Assembly: GCA_030591685.1 (NCBI GenBank)
Contig: JAUVAX010000007.1
Coordinates: 1 to 64,000, forward strand
Source of the DNA: Pseudobdellovibrionaceae bacterium
GTDB taxonomy: Bacteria; Bdellovibrionota; Bdellovibrionia; Bdellovibrionales; UBA1609
DNA: 64,000 nt
Reading direction: 5' to 3'
The position numbers were made by a program, and so were the translations under genes. Below are positions 37,704 to 47,379 of the stretch, in pieces (positions within the stretch are counted from its first letter, which is position 1; each line of letters begins with the position of its first letter). The notes under the pieces are model-generated. The model was not told the origin of the DNA, did not search any database, and saw only the letters and a list, made by a program, of their open reading frames with translations.

Positions 37704-39985
37704 CAAAAGAACAGCTCATCTCAGCTACGGATCATTTAAGTGTTCTTCGTGGTAAAATTAATGACCCAGAGAGTACGAGTTTAATTAACTTTGGTAAACA
37801 GTATTCAAATTGGTTAGGTGAGCAATTATTAGCAAGGCTTTCAGCGTCCAAATACTGGGGGCCATCATTGCCCATTGTGGTTGGATCGTGGGCCCGAGGG
37901 GAGCTGTGCCCTTGTTCGGACATTGATTTGATTTTTTGTGGACCCGAGGATCAAGTTAAGCACTTAGTTGATGATATCCATAGCCAAGGCCTTAAGCTTC
38001 GTTACCGCGTACCCGAGGACATTAATGATTGGTCTGTCGGGGTAGGGAGTTTTGACGTAACGGCTATTCTTCAAGCTCTCCCTTTTAGCATTGAGGCGGG
38101 CGCTCTATTAGCTCAACAACAAGAAATGATTATTAATAAAGGGCAGGCTTTTTCAAGCAAATTAATCAATGACATGTTGCTTGAGAGAGAGCAAAGAAGT
38201 CTGCGATACGATTCAATTTCAAGCTACTTAGAGCCCAATGTTAAATACGGGCCCGGAGGGCTTAGAGATCTACAGCAGGCCTTATATATTTGCGAATTGT
38301 TTTCAGTGCGTTTTCCGGACGTATACACACTTGTAAAAAAACTTGAGAGCTTTAAGTGGTTTTTTATATGTATTCGACACTGGGTCCATATTAATGCTGG
38401 TACAGATTTATTAAACGCAACTGTTCAAAAAGAGTTGTCAGAGTTTTGTGGTTTTGACAGTGTTATTGACTTTAATAAGTATTTTCATAAAACACTCAGT
38501 GAGGTTAGTTTTTATGCCGACTGGATTGTTGAAAGAGCTAAAATATCTGTAACTCAGATTAGTAAAATTGAAGAGCTAAATATAAAGTCTTTTTCGGGGT
38601 GTTTTAAAGTATTAAGCTCTAATTCGGGTATTTTATTTCAAGGAAAGGTAAGGCTGTTTTTAGATCAACCTAGTTTAAAAAAGCCCACTCGAAGGGCTAT
38701 GGGTCAGCTAATGGCTCAGTACTTTGTGCCAGAGCAATCTGAGGAATTCATTGTGAGCTTGTTTCGCTCTAAGTTGATTAATGAAGTTGTGCCTGAAATA
38801 AACCGTGTTCAGGGCCTAGTGCAACATGATCAGTATCATAGGTATACGGTAGACGCTCATACGCTCCAAGCATTAAGAAGCTTTATAAGAGGGGTAAAAA
38901 AGCCAAGCTCTGTTTTTGGTTCTCTTGGTGTTTTTGTAAAAAAATTGAGCGCTTTGGATAAAAAAATTATTATGTGGACTTGTTTATATCATGATTTAGC
39001 AAAGGGGCAGCCGGGTTCTCATTCTGACCTAGGGTCAAAATTAGTACTCAAAAATTTAACTGACTTTGGGTTGCCTAAAAAGCTACTTGATGAGGTTCAG
39101 TGGTTGGTTGAAAACCATTTGATCCTTAGTGCTGCGGCCTTTAAACATAACCCTAAGGCGGCTTCTACCTGGCAGTACTTGCATAAAAAGGGCATTAATA
39201 AATCTAGGCTTATAAAATTGGCTTTATTTACAGTTATTGATATTCAGGCGACTAACCCAGATGCATGGACGGATTGGAAGGAGCGCCTGCTCAATGAACT
39301 TGTTATTGCCCTTCAGTCTAAGGGTGCGGATCAATTTATGGAGTTATTAACTCAAGCTAGAGATAAAAAAGTAGAACTCTCAGAAGACTTTGTAAAGGGC
39401 CTTGACCCAACACTTGTTGAGAACGTGTCAGTGGCACTTTTATTAGATGATTATAAGAGGCTTAAGACTACAAAGGTCAACCTGCCTGTACGGTTTTTTA
39501 GGGTTTCAGAGGACGAGCATTGGGTGAGGTTCCACTCGTTGAAAGATAAACCCGGTATATTTTTAAAATTTGTGAGTGCTCTTTACGCCAGCGGATGTAA
39601 GATTCATCAGTGCTCTGTTCAGAGCTTTAAACCTTTTGGAGTTTATGATTGGTTTTTAGTGAAAACGAATAAAACCCCAACTCAGCTTAAAAAAATCATC
39701 CCTTTAGTGAGTATTGAGCCTGAAACTGTACCTGATGTTAAATTTGAAGTTATCGAGATCGTCAGTGAAACTGATGCAGAAGTATTAATAAGTTTTCGAG
39801 GTAAAAGGATTCGGGGGTTTTGGTTCGTTGCGGCCAAAAGTTTATTTGACCATAATCTTACTATTTATTGGGCTAAAGTGAACACTTGGGGGCGCCAAGT
39901 CGAGGGGGTCTTTAGTGTAGAAAACAATGCTACCTTTACTAAAGATTTTAAAAATCTCAGAAGTGAGTACTCGCTGAAGGTTTAG
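37682..39985 (+). CDS. glnD: GlnD-like [protein-PII] uridylyltransferase / HD-domain protein
   Basis: GSWARGELCPCSDIDL NTase motif, EPNVKYGPGGLRDL, QHDQYHRYTVDAHT, HDLAKG, C-terminal ACT-like domains. Confidence 0.82.
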   Translation: MATKTYLTKEQLISATDHLSVLRGKINDPESTSLINFGKQYSNWLGEQLLARLSASKYWGPSLPIVVGSWARGELCPCSDIDLIFCGPEDQVKHLVDDIHSQGLKLRYRVPEDINDWSVGVGSFDVTAILQALPFSIEAGALLAQQQEMIINKGQAFSSKLINDMLLEREQRSLRYDSISSYLEPNVKYGPGGLRDLQQALYICELFSVRFPDVYTLVKKLESFKWFFICIRHWVHINAGTDLLNATVQKELSEFCGFDSVIDFNKYFHKTLSEVSFYADWIVERAKISVTQISKIEELNIKSFSGCFKVLSSNSGILFQGKVRLFLDQPSLKKPTRRAMGQLMAQYFVPEQSEEFIVSLFRSKLINEVVPEINRVQGLVQHDQYHRYTVDAHTLQALRSFIRGVKKPSSVFGSLGVFVKKLSALDKKIIMWTCLYHDLAKGQPGSHSDLGSKLVLKNLTDFGLPKKLLDEVQWLVENHLILSAAAFKHNPKAASTWQYLHKKGINKSRLIKLALFTVIDIQATNPDAWTDWKERLLNELVIALQSKGADQFMELLTQARDKKVELSEDFVKGLDPTLVENVSVALLLDDYKRLKTTKVNLPVRFFRVSEDEHWVRFHSLKDKPGIFLKFVSALYASGCKIHQCSVQSFKPFGVYDWFLVKTNKTPTQLKKIIPLVSIEPETVPDVKFEVIEIVSETDAEVLISFRGKRIRGFWFVAAKSLFDHNLTIYWAKVNTWGRQVEGVFSVENNATFTKDFKNLRSEYSLKV

Positions 39986-40324
39986 GGGTTGAAACATAAT
40001 AATTAATTTTCAAGTTTCGGTTAATGGACTTTTGTTATACGTACTATAAGCTTGATTTTTATTGAAATAAAATAAATTAAAACTGAATAATACATAGTGA
40101 ATACAGTAAGATAAGCAATTGCCCTTTATGTTTATCGAGGGGCCAATAGTCAAGAGTCCTCTAGTGAAAAGTCCCTTGTAAAAAAGTCGGTCCAGTTTAT
40201 AATTTTTAAAATAAAATCCCCTTGCGAAATACACGAGAATCAGTCAGACTTTTATATAGGCAGCATTGACGTCGCCTAAATTGTTAACAGGGTAAACAAT
40301 AACTTTAAAGGGAAGGGAGCAAGG

Positions 40325-40732
40325 ATGCTCAGAGATGTACTAATCCAAAATGGATTATCAAACAGAGAGTCAGAAGTAGCAGAACTAGTAACTAAGGGTC
40401 TATCAAACAAAGAAGTTGCTAATCAGCTTTTTGTTACTGAAAAAACAGTTAAATTTCATTTAACTAATATCTATAAAAAAATGAACGTGAAATCACGCGC
40501 TCAGCTTATAGTATGGTGTCTTCCTCATATGGGTTTTGTTGATACTGAAGAAAGACGTATGGACAATAGAGCCAATCCAGCAGCAGCTCAGGCTCAGCCA
40601 CAGGTGCCAAATACTATTCCTGCAGGGAGCACTATTGTTTCTGAAACCACGAACTTAAACCCTGGTATCGGTAATATTACAAACCGACCTCCTGGAAGTT
40701 CAAATAACGAGTCTGGTAGTTCAGTTATATAA
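40325..40732 (+). CDS. LuxR-type HTH transcriptional regulator (no receiver domain)
   Basis: LSNRESEVAELVTKGLSNKEVANQLFVTEKTVKFHLTNIYKK, low-complexity C-terminal tail. Confidence 0.93.
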   Translation: MLRDVLIQNGLSNRESEVAELVTKGLSNKEVANQLFVTEKTVKFHLTNIYKKMNVKSRAQLIVWCLPHMGFVDTEERRMDNRANPAAAQAQPQVPNTIPAGSTIVSETTNLNPGIGNITNRPPGSSNNESGSSVI

Positions 40733-40755
40733 CAATTGAGATTTTTTCTTAGATT

Positions 40756-40789
40756 AAAAAAGGAAGCCTTTGAGGCTTCCTTTTTTTTT
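40756..40789. terminator. Bidirectional Rho-independent terminator
   Basis: AAAAAAGGAAGCCT/AGGCTTCCTTTTTT between convergent genes. Confidence 0.9.
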
Positions 40790-41045
40790 ATAGAGCGACA
40801 ACGTGGCCCAGCTCTATGACTTGCGCCTCAAGGCTGAGTTTTTGATTGAGTTGAGTTTCCACATCAATCCCAATTAGGTTCAATAGATTCATTAAGTCAT
40901 TACACTTCAGCTGTGTTTGACCATTAAAGAACCTATGTATAGTAATGCGCGACACGTCGCATTGCTGTGCTAGTTTTTTCTGGGTGAAGCCCTTGGATTT
41001 TGCGATAAGAGCAATCTTTTGAGAGACAGGCATTTTCTGGTTCAT
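40788..41045 (-). CDS. XRE/Cro-type HTH regulator
   Basis: KGFTQKKLAQQCDVSRITIHRFFNG; start moved to ATG 41045 after AAGGGG RBS. Confidence 0.85.
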   Translation of the reverse strand: MNQKMPVSQKIALIAKSKGFTQKKLAQQCDVSRITIHRFFNGQTQLKCNDLMNLLNLIGIDVETQLNQKLSLEAQVIELGHVVAL

Positions 41046-41107
41046 ATGCACCCCTTTGTTTTGTATGGTGGCAAAAGGCCACCATATGTTATCGAAATCT
41101 ATGTATT

Positions 41108-41122
41108 GCATTTCTGATGCCA
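41108..41122 (-). promoter_or_regulatory. sigma54-type promoter for XRE gene
   Basis: TGGCATCAGAAATGC, GG-N10-GC. Confidence 0.55.
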
Positions 41123-41220
41123 AGGCATTTTGACGCCATTTGTGACATATGTGGTGTTGATTTTATTGGCCGCCCAGCTTTAACTAGAAAAGGCTTAGAT
41201 TTTCTTTATGGAGATGTAAC

Positions 41221-42240
41221 ATGTTAATAGTAAACAATAAATTGCCAGAGGGTTTTAGTAAATTAGAGCCTTATGAACTTCATCAGCATTTTAAAAGCTT
41301 AGATATCGTTGAATTAAATGGGGTCAACCCCCACTTAAACCCCCTTATTTTAAGCTTAATGCTTCATGGGAATGAGCCGGCGGGCTTAAGAGCCATTCAA
41401 AATATTATGGATAAGTATGAAGGGGGCCAATCATTACCCCGGCCAGTTGTGTTACTTATAGGTAATGTAGATGCCGCAAGAGACTCCGTACGAATGTTAG
41501 AGGGGTCGATTGATTATAATAGAATTTGGAAGAGAAGGTCTAACTCCCTCATTGAACATAAAGCCGAGCAGATATTAAATCACTTTAAATCAAAAACCCC
41601 TTTTGCTGTCATTGATATACATAATAATACGGGCTCAAACCCAGCTTATGGATGCTTTAATAAACTATCGATAGTTAATGGACATCTTGCGAGGTTATTT
41701 AGTGAAACTTCCGTTTATTTTACAAACCCCGATACTACCCTAAGTGTGGCGTGCTGTGCTTTTTGCCCAGCCCTAACTGTTGAGTGCGGCTTGCCTGGAG
41801 ACATAAGCGCTGAAAAAAGGGCATTTAATTTAATTAATGAACTTCTTAACCGTGAAAGTTTAAGTAAGAGCCCTCTTTTAGACTCTGAACTGACTATTTA
41901 TCATAGCTACGCTATTATTAGAGTTCCTAAAAACTGTACGATTAGTTTTAGCCCAAACGCGGATACAGACTTTTATTTTAAAGAGAATTTAGATTTCTAT
42001 AACTTTAAAACACTTAAATTTGGTGAAACTATAGGATATAGAAACAACCCTGAGGTCAAATTACAAATAGTAGGCGTTAAAGAAGAGGACTTATCAGATG
42101 ATTTTTTTGACTACATAGGAAAAAAAATAACCGTCAAAAAGGCATTTATTCCCTCAATGTTAACTTGTAATACTCGAATTATAAGTCAAGACTGCCTGGG
42201 GTATATCATGGAGTCCTATAGTGTTGAGATGCTGAAGTGA
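41221..42240 (+). CDS. M14 family metallopeptidase / succinylglutamate desuccinylase-aspartoacylase family
   Basis: HGNE, DYNRIW, DIHN and TVECG motifs. Confidence 0.85.
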   Translation: MLIVNNKLPEGFSKLEPYELHQHFKSLDIVELNGVNPHLNPLILSLMLHGNEPAGLRAIQNIMDKYEGGQSLPRPVVLLIGNVDAARDSVRMLEGSIDYNRIWKRRSNSLIEHKAEQILNHFKSKTPFAVIDIHNNTGSNPAYGCFNKLSIVNGHLARLFSETSVYFTNPDTTLSVACCAFCPALTVECGLPGDISAEKRAFNLINELLNRESLSKSPLLDSELTIYHSYAIIRVPKNCTISFSPNADTDFYFKENLDFYNFKTLKFGETIGYRNNPEVKLQIVGVKEEDLSDDFFDYIGKKITVKKAFIPSMLTCNTRIISQDCLGYIMESYSVEMLK

Positions 42241-42321
42241 CTCACATTTGCTTTAGAATAATAAGTTGTTTTTACAAAAAATAAGCCAGAGCAAAACACT
42301 ACCTTAAGCGCAACAGTGACA

Positions 42322-43584
42322 TTAGGCTAAAAATGAGCCCCATTTATTAAGCTGCTGAGTTGTGAGGTGAGCATAAACAAGTGTGCCGTTAGAGGCCTGT
42401 TCTTTTTTATTTATTTTTGATTCCCGAGCTAATTCAAAAATTAAATCCTGATTAATAATCGGAAAGTAAAGCTCATATTCTTCAGTGAGTGACAAATAGC
42501 CATCGGTCAGAATAGTTTTTAATTTGTCGATGCCTTCATTATTTTTTGCACTAATAAAGGCTCGAGGGTGGATTTTGACTTTGTATTGGGAGTGAGGAGG
42601 GGCTACGTCTAACTTATTAAAAACAGAGATGATAGGCTTATTGTCCCATGCAAACTCTTTAATTAAATTCTCAACGACCTCTATTTGTTGCTCCATCTGT
42701 GGGCTAGCAAGGTCTATGACATGAATAAGGATGTCAGCATCCCCAGACTCCTCGAGCGTAGCTTTAAAGGCCTCTATGAGTTGAGTGGGTAGCTTTCTGA
42801 TAAAACCAACAGTATCAGTTATTAGGGCGTCCCCGAGGCTTGGTAAATAAAACTTTCTTGTTGTAGGGTCTAATGTTGCAAAGAGTTGGTCTTTAGATAA
42901 GACTTTAGAGCTTGTTAACAGGTTTAAGAGGGTGCTTTTCCCTGAATTTGTATAGCCAATGAGGGCAAAGCTAGGGATTTTACTTCGTCTTCTTTTGGCT
43001 CTGTGTTGACGTCTATGGCGGCTGACATTTTTAAGTTTTGCACGAATGAGTTTGATTTTATTATGTATAACTCGGCGGTCAAGTTCTAAGGCCTTTTCTC
43101 CAGGGCCTCTTGTTCCAATTCCGCCGGCAAGCCTTGATAGGGACCCTAGCCAACCCCCCACCATTCGTGGCAGTTGATCAGACATTTGAGCTAATTCAAC
43201 CTGCAGCTTTCCTTCATAAGTTTGAGCTCTTTGAGCAAAAATATCTAAAATGAGTTGGCTGCGATCAATGACTCTCAAGCTCCACTTTTTTTCAAGATTT
43301 CTGATTTGAACACCTGATAGGCTGTGGTCAACAACGACAAGTTGTGCCTCTGTGCTTTGGCAAAGTTCTGTAAGTTCATCGACCTTTCCGCTGCCAATGA
43401 AGGTTGCTGGGGTATATTTTTCGAGGACCTGAACAATGCTCCCAACCACTTCGCCGCCAGCGGTGTGTACGAGGTCCTCAAGTTCTAAAAGACTGTCTTT
43501 AATTTCAGAGTACGAGTCTTTTTTTAAACCGACACCTAAAATAATGACTTGTTCTTTTGATTTTGAATTTTTGTCAATCAGCAA
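42322..43584 (-). CDS. hflX: GTPase HflX
   Basis: ILDIFAQRA, EGKLQVELAQ, RGPGE, GYTNSGKST, LFATLDPT, DTVGFI. Confidence 0.97.
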   Translation of the reverse strand: MLIDKNSKSKEQVIILGVGLKKDSYSEIKDSLLELEDLVHTAGGEVVGSIVQVLEKYTPATFIGSGKVDELTELCQSTEAQLVVVDHSLSGVQIRNLEKKWSLRVIDRSQLILDIFAQRAQTYEGKLQVELAQMSDQLPRMVGGWLGSLSRLAGGIGTRGPGEKALELDRRVIHNKIKLIRAKLKNVSRHRRQHRAKRRRSKIPSFALIGYTNSGKSTLLNLLTSSKVLSKDQLFATLDPTTRKFYLPSLGDALITDTVGFIRKLPTQLIEAFKATLEESGDADILIHVIDLASPQMEQQIEVVENLIKEFAWDNKPIISVFNKLDVAPPHSQYKVKIHPRAFISAKNNEGIDKLKTILTDGYLSLTEEYELYFPIINQDLIFELARESKINKKEQASNGTLVYAHLTTQQLNKWGSFLA

Positions 43585-43601
43585 CGAGGCTCCTTACTAG
43601 C

Positions 43602-45896
43602 TTACTTTTTTTTCTGGTGATGCTGGTAAGAGACCTGGCACTGAAGCGCTGTTAATACACACGTATTTATAACGTCCTCAACAGTACCTGTTCGTTGTAG
43701 CACATTGGCAGGTTTTTCAAGGCCTACTAAAAAGGGGCCTAAAACCTCAGCATCGCCGAGTTGTTGAACTAGTTTATACCCAGAGTTTCCAGCATCAAGG
43801 TTGGGGAATATCAGTATATTGGCCCCCCCTTTTATTTTACAAAAAGGAAATACAGAGTCAGAAATATTTGGGTTAATCGCCGTGTCTACCTGCATTTCAC
43901 CGTCAACAATTAAAGAAGGGTACAGTTTTTTAACAATACGTGCCGCCTCATTCATTTTTTTAGAACTTTCATGGTTTGCCGTAAAGTTAGAGTAACTGAT
44001 CATAGCGATTCGAGGTTGAATTTTAAAATAAGATGCAATTTTAGATACATGTATGGCTATTGTAGCTAGTTGTTCAGCTGTGGGGTTAATATTAACAGTC
44101 GTATCGGCAAAAAATAACATTTTACCTTTCCAGAGCACTATGTTTAAGCCCGAAGCTAAATGAGTTTTCCCCGACTCAATAATTTGAAATATAGGCTTTA
44201 CACAGTCTGCATAGTTTCTTGAGGCTCCTGAAATAACTCCATCAGCATCCCCATTTCGGACCATCATAGCCGCAAAATAATGGGGGTCAGACATGAGCCT
44301 TTCGGCCTCATACCACATAACTCCACGGCGCTTTCTGAGTTGGTAAAAGCTCTCTACATACTCTTCAAATTTAGGGTGAGAGGTGGATTGAATTATTTTT
44401 GTGTTACCAAGGCCATTGATTTCAAGCTCATCGAGTTTTTTATCAATAGCATCTTGGTAGCCAATAATAATAGGCTCTACAATATCCTCATCAATAATTG
44501 TTTTGATGGCCTTTAATATTCGAGGGCTTCGCCCTTCGGGGAAAACAATGATTGGCTTTCTCCCTTTTTTTGTCTTATTAGTGAGCTTTACTCGATTAAT
44601 TGTATTTCGAATAAACCCTCTTTTAAATCCCTGTCGTTGTTCAAGTTGCTCTTCGTACATAACAAAGTCTTTAATGGGTTTTTGAGAAACACCAGAGTCC
44701 ATGGCCGCCTTAGCCACCGCTGAGGAGACTTTGACTAAAACCCTAGGGTCAAAGGGTTTAGGGATTATATAATCTGGTCCAAAAGAGAATTGTTTATTAG
44801 AGTAGGCGGCTGAAACGCTATCTGGAACATCCTCTCTGGCAAGGGTTGCAATGGCCTGAAGGGCTGCCATTTTCATTTCTTCATTAATTTTTGTAGCATG
44901 AACGTCTAATGCGCCTCTAAAAATAAAGGGAAACCCCAAGACATTATTCACTTGGTTAGGGTAGTCGCTTCGGCCGGTGGCAATGATGACGTCATCTCTT
45001 GTTTTGCGGGCTAATTTGGGGTCGATTTCAGGGTTTGGATTAGCCATGGCAAATACGATTGGTTTTTTGGCCATAGTTTTGAGCATTTCAGCTGTTAGAG
45101 CACCAGCGACACTTAAGCCTACAAAAACATCAGCCCCCTTAAGCGCATCAGCAAGCGTTCTATGCTTTGTTTTAATTGCAAATTGCTCTTTATATTTATT
45201 TAAATCATTTCTATCAGAATGAATGACGCCTTTAGAGTCGCACATAATTAAATTTTTATTTAAAACCCCTAATTTTTTAAAAAGCTTGGCGCAAGATATG
45301 GCCGCAGCGCCAGCCCCATTAAAAACAACCTTTACGCTTTTTGCTTTTTTCTTAGTAATAAGAAGTGAATTTACCAGGGCTGCTGCCGAAATAATAGCAG
45401 TGCCATGTTGGTCATCGTGAAACACAGGTATTTTGAGTTCTTTAATGAGGGTTTCCTCAATTTCAAAACACTCTGGAGCTTTTATGTCTTCTAAATTAAT
45501 GCCACCAAAGGTGGGCTCTAAGGCTTTTACTACGTTAATAAAGTCTTTAGGTGAGTTTGCATTGAGTTCAATATCAAAAACATCGATGTCTGCAAATTGC
45601 TTAAAAAGCACACCTTTTCCCTCCATGACAGGTTTCCCAGCAAGGGGGCCGATGTTTCCCAGCCCTAAAACGGCAGTGCCGTTAGTGATAACTCCAACAA
45701 GGTTACCCTTTGCAGTGTAATCATAGGCTTTTGCAGGGTCTTTAAAGATTTCATTACAAGGGGCAGCAACTCCAGGGGAGTAAGCGAGCGAGAGGGATTC
45801 CTCGGTATTGCACTCTTTACTGCTGATAACGGTGACCTTACCGGGTTTGCCTTTGGAGTGATATTCAAGAGCTTGTTTTTGAAATTTTTTATTCAT
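43602..45896 (-). CDS. maeB: NADP-dependent malic enzyme fused to phosphotransacetylase-like domain
   Basis: GLGNIG, KPVMEGK, NLEDIKAP, FHDDQHGTA, RSDYPNQVNN, C-terminal PTA-like domain (VFPEG, DGEMQ, FPNLDAGN). Confidence 0.96.
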   Translation of the reverse strand: MNKKFQKQALEYHSKGKPGKVTVISSKECNTEESLSLAYSPGVAAPCNEIFKDPAKAYDYTAKGNLVGVITNGTAVLGLGNIGPLAGKPVMEGKGVLFKQFADIDVFDIELNANSPKDFINVVKALEPTFGGINLEDIKAPECFEIEETLIKELKIPVFHDDQHGTAIISAAALVNSLLITKKKAKSVKVVFNGAGAAAISCAKLFKKLGVLNKNLIMCDSKGVIHSDRNDLNKYKEQFAIKTKHRTLADALKGADVFVGLSVAGALTAEMLKTMAKKPIVFAMANPNPEIDPKLARKTRDDVIIATGRSDYPNQVNNVLGFPFIFRGALDVHATKINEEMKMAALQAIATLAREDVPDSVSAAYSNKQFSFGPDYIIPKPFDPRVLVKVSSAVAKAAMDSGVSQKPIKDFVMYEEQLEQRQGFKRGFIRNTINRVKLTNKTKKGRKPIIVFPEGRSPRILKAIKTIIDEDIVEPIIIGYQDAIDKKLDELEINGLGNTKIIQSTSHPKFEEYVESFYQLRKRRGVMWYEAERLMSDPHYFAAMMVRNGDADGVISGASRNYADCVKPIFQIIESGKTHLASGLNIVLWKGKMLFFADTTVNINPTAEQLATIAIHVSKIASYFKIQPRIAMISYSNFTANHESSKKMNEAARIVKKLYPSLIVDGEMQVDTAINPNISDSVFPFCKIKGGANILIFPNLDAGNSGYKLVQQLGDAEVLGPFLVGLEKPANVLQRTGTVEDVINTCVLTALQCQVSYQHHQKKK

Positions 45897-46079
45897 AGCT
45901 GAGCCTTTTAAAAAATTAGAGTTATAGTAAAAAGATAAATGATATTTTATTTTTAGTGGTCAAGTTAACTGCCAGAGAGTAACATGTAAAAGTAAAAAAA
46001 AAAGTAGGGTATGTTGCTGCATATAAACAATTTTGATAAAACAGTGCAGACTCATCGCAACATGAAACAGAGGTAAAAA

Positions 46080-47378
46080 GTGTTACAGGCTCGTGACGTT
46101 GTTATTGTCGAAGGAATCAGAACACCCTTTGTCAAATCGGGAGCGCAGTTTAAAAATGTACACCCTGTACTACTTGGTCAAATAGCTCTGAAAGAGCTAC
46201 TCTTTAAAACAGGCATCCCCGTAGAGAGCATAGATGAGGTTATAATAGGCAATACTGGAAACCCCGCTGACGCTGCTAACTTATCTAGAGTTATAGCCCT
46301 GCGCTCTGGTCTGCCACTATCAGTCCCTGCGTTTACGGTGCATAGAAACTGTGCATCGGCATTAGAGAGTGTTTCTTGTGCCTATGAGCGAATAAAATCA
46401 GGAACAATGGATACTATTTTAGCTGGAGGCACCGAAAATATGTCCCAGTTGCCACTTTTGTTTAGTAAATCTTTCCAAAATGTATTTGGTGAGGTTGTTT
46501 TTTCTAAAACAATAGCTCAAAAGCTGAAAGCCTTAATGAAATTTCAGTTGAAGTGTTTAAAGCCAAGGTTTTCATTGTTAGAGGGTTTAACCGACCCATT
46601 TAGTGGCCTTAGTATGGGCAAAACAGCTGAAAACCTTGCCAATGAATTCAGCATTAGTAGGTATGAGCAAGATGAATTTGCAACACGCAGTCATAACAGA
46701 GCGATTGAGGCTGTAAACTCAGGCCGCTTGGGTGATGAAATTGTGCCCGTCTATGTTTCCCCAGATTATAAACAAGTGGTCTCAGGTGACATAGGCCCCC
46801 GAGAGGGTCAATCAGTCGAGAAGCTCTCTAAATTAAAACCTTATTTTGATAAAAAAAATGGTTCTGTTACTGTTGGCAACTCATGCCCTATTACTGATGG
46901 GGCCGCTATGCTTTTAATTATGAGTCGCGAAAGGGCACAAAGTTTAGGCCTAAAACCTCTGGTTAAAATTAGGTCATATGCTTTTGCCGGTTTAGAACCT
47001 GAAAAAATGGGACTAGGCCCCGTGTTTGCAACTCCTATTGCACTTAAAAGAGCCGGCTTAACTTTAAAGGATATTGGTTTAATAGAGCTCAATGAGGCGT
47101 TTTCAGCACAAGTTTTAGCTTGTAAAAGGGCTTTTGAAAGTGACCAATTTGCACAAGAAAACTTAAACTTAAGTCAAAAAATAGGTGAAGTGGACCCTGA
47201 CAAGTTAAATGTCAATGGTGGTGCCATAGCTTTAGGTCACCCTGTGGGGGCTACGGGCACTCGGCTTATTGTAACATTAGCAAAAGAGATGTGTAGAAGA
47301 GATGTTCAATTTGGGTTAGCAACACTTTGTATCGGTGGCGGTCAGGGTGGGGCAATGATTCTAGAAAGAGAGGGTTAA
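46080..47378 (+). CDS. Acetyl-CoA C-acyltransferase (3-ketoacyl-CoA thiolase, FadA/FadI-like)
   Basis: HRNCAS, NEAF, GHPVGATG, CIGGGQG. Confidence 0.95.
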   Translation: MLQARDVVIVEGIRTPFVKSGAQFKNVHPVLLGQIALKELLFKTGIPVESIDEVIIGNTGNPADAANLSRVIALRSGLPLSVPAFTVHRNCASALESVSCAYERIKSGTMDTILAGGTENMSQLPLLFSKSFQNVFGEVVFSKTIAQKLKALMKFQLKCLKPRFSLLEGLTDPFSGLSMGKTAENLANEFSISRYEQDEFATRSHNRAIEAVNSGRLGDEIVPVYVSPDYKQVVSGDIGPREGQSVEKLSKLKPYFDKKNGSVTVGNSCPITDGAAMLLIMSRERAQSLGLKPLVKIRSYAFAGLEPEKMGLGPVFATPIALKRAGLTLKDIGLIELNEAFSAQVLACKRAFESDQFAQENLNLSQKIGEVDPDKLNVNGGAIALGHPVGATGTRLIVTLAKEMCRRDVQFGLATLCIGGGQGGAMILEREG

Positions 47379-47379
47379 A

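Noticed and set aside
39790..39915. Possible compensated frameshift or sequencing errors in the last GlnD ACT-like domain (RGKRIRGFWF)
   Set aside because: The ORF stays open and no alternative frame clearly restores a DxxGLL motif; needs raw reads.
43801..45720. Run of plus-strand ORFs antisense to maeB, and similar short antisense ORFs across the window
   Set aside because: Shadow ORFs of well-supported genes, without RBS or motifs.
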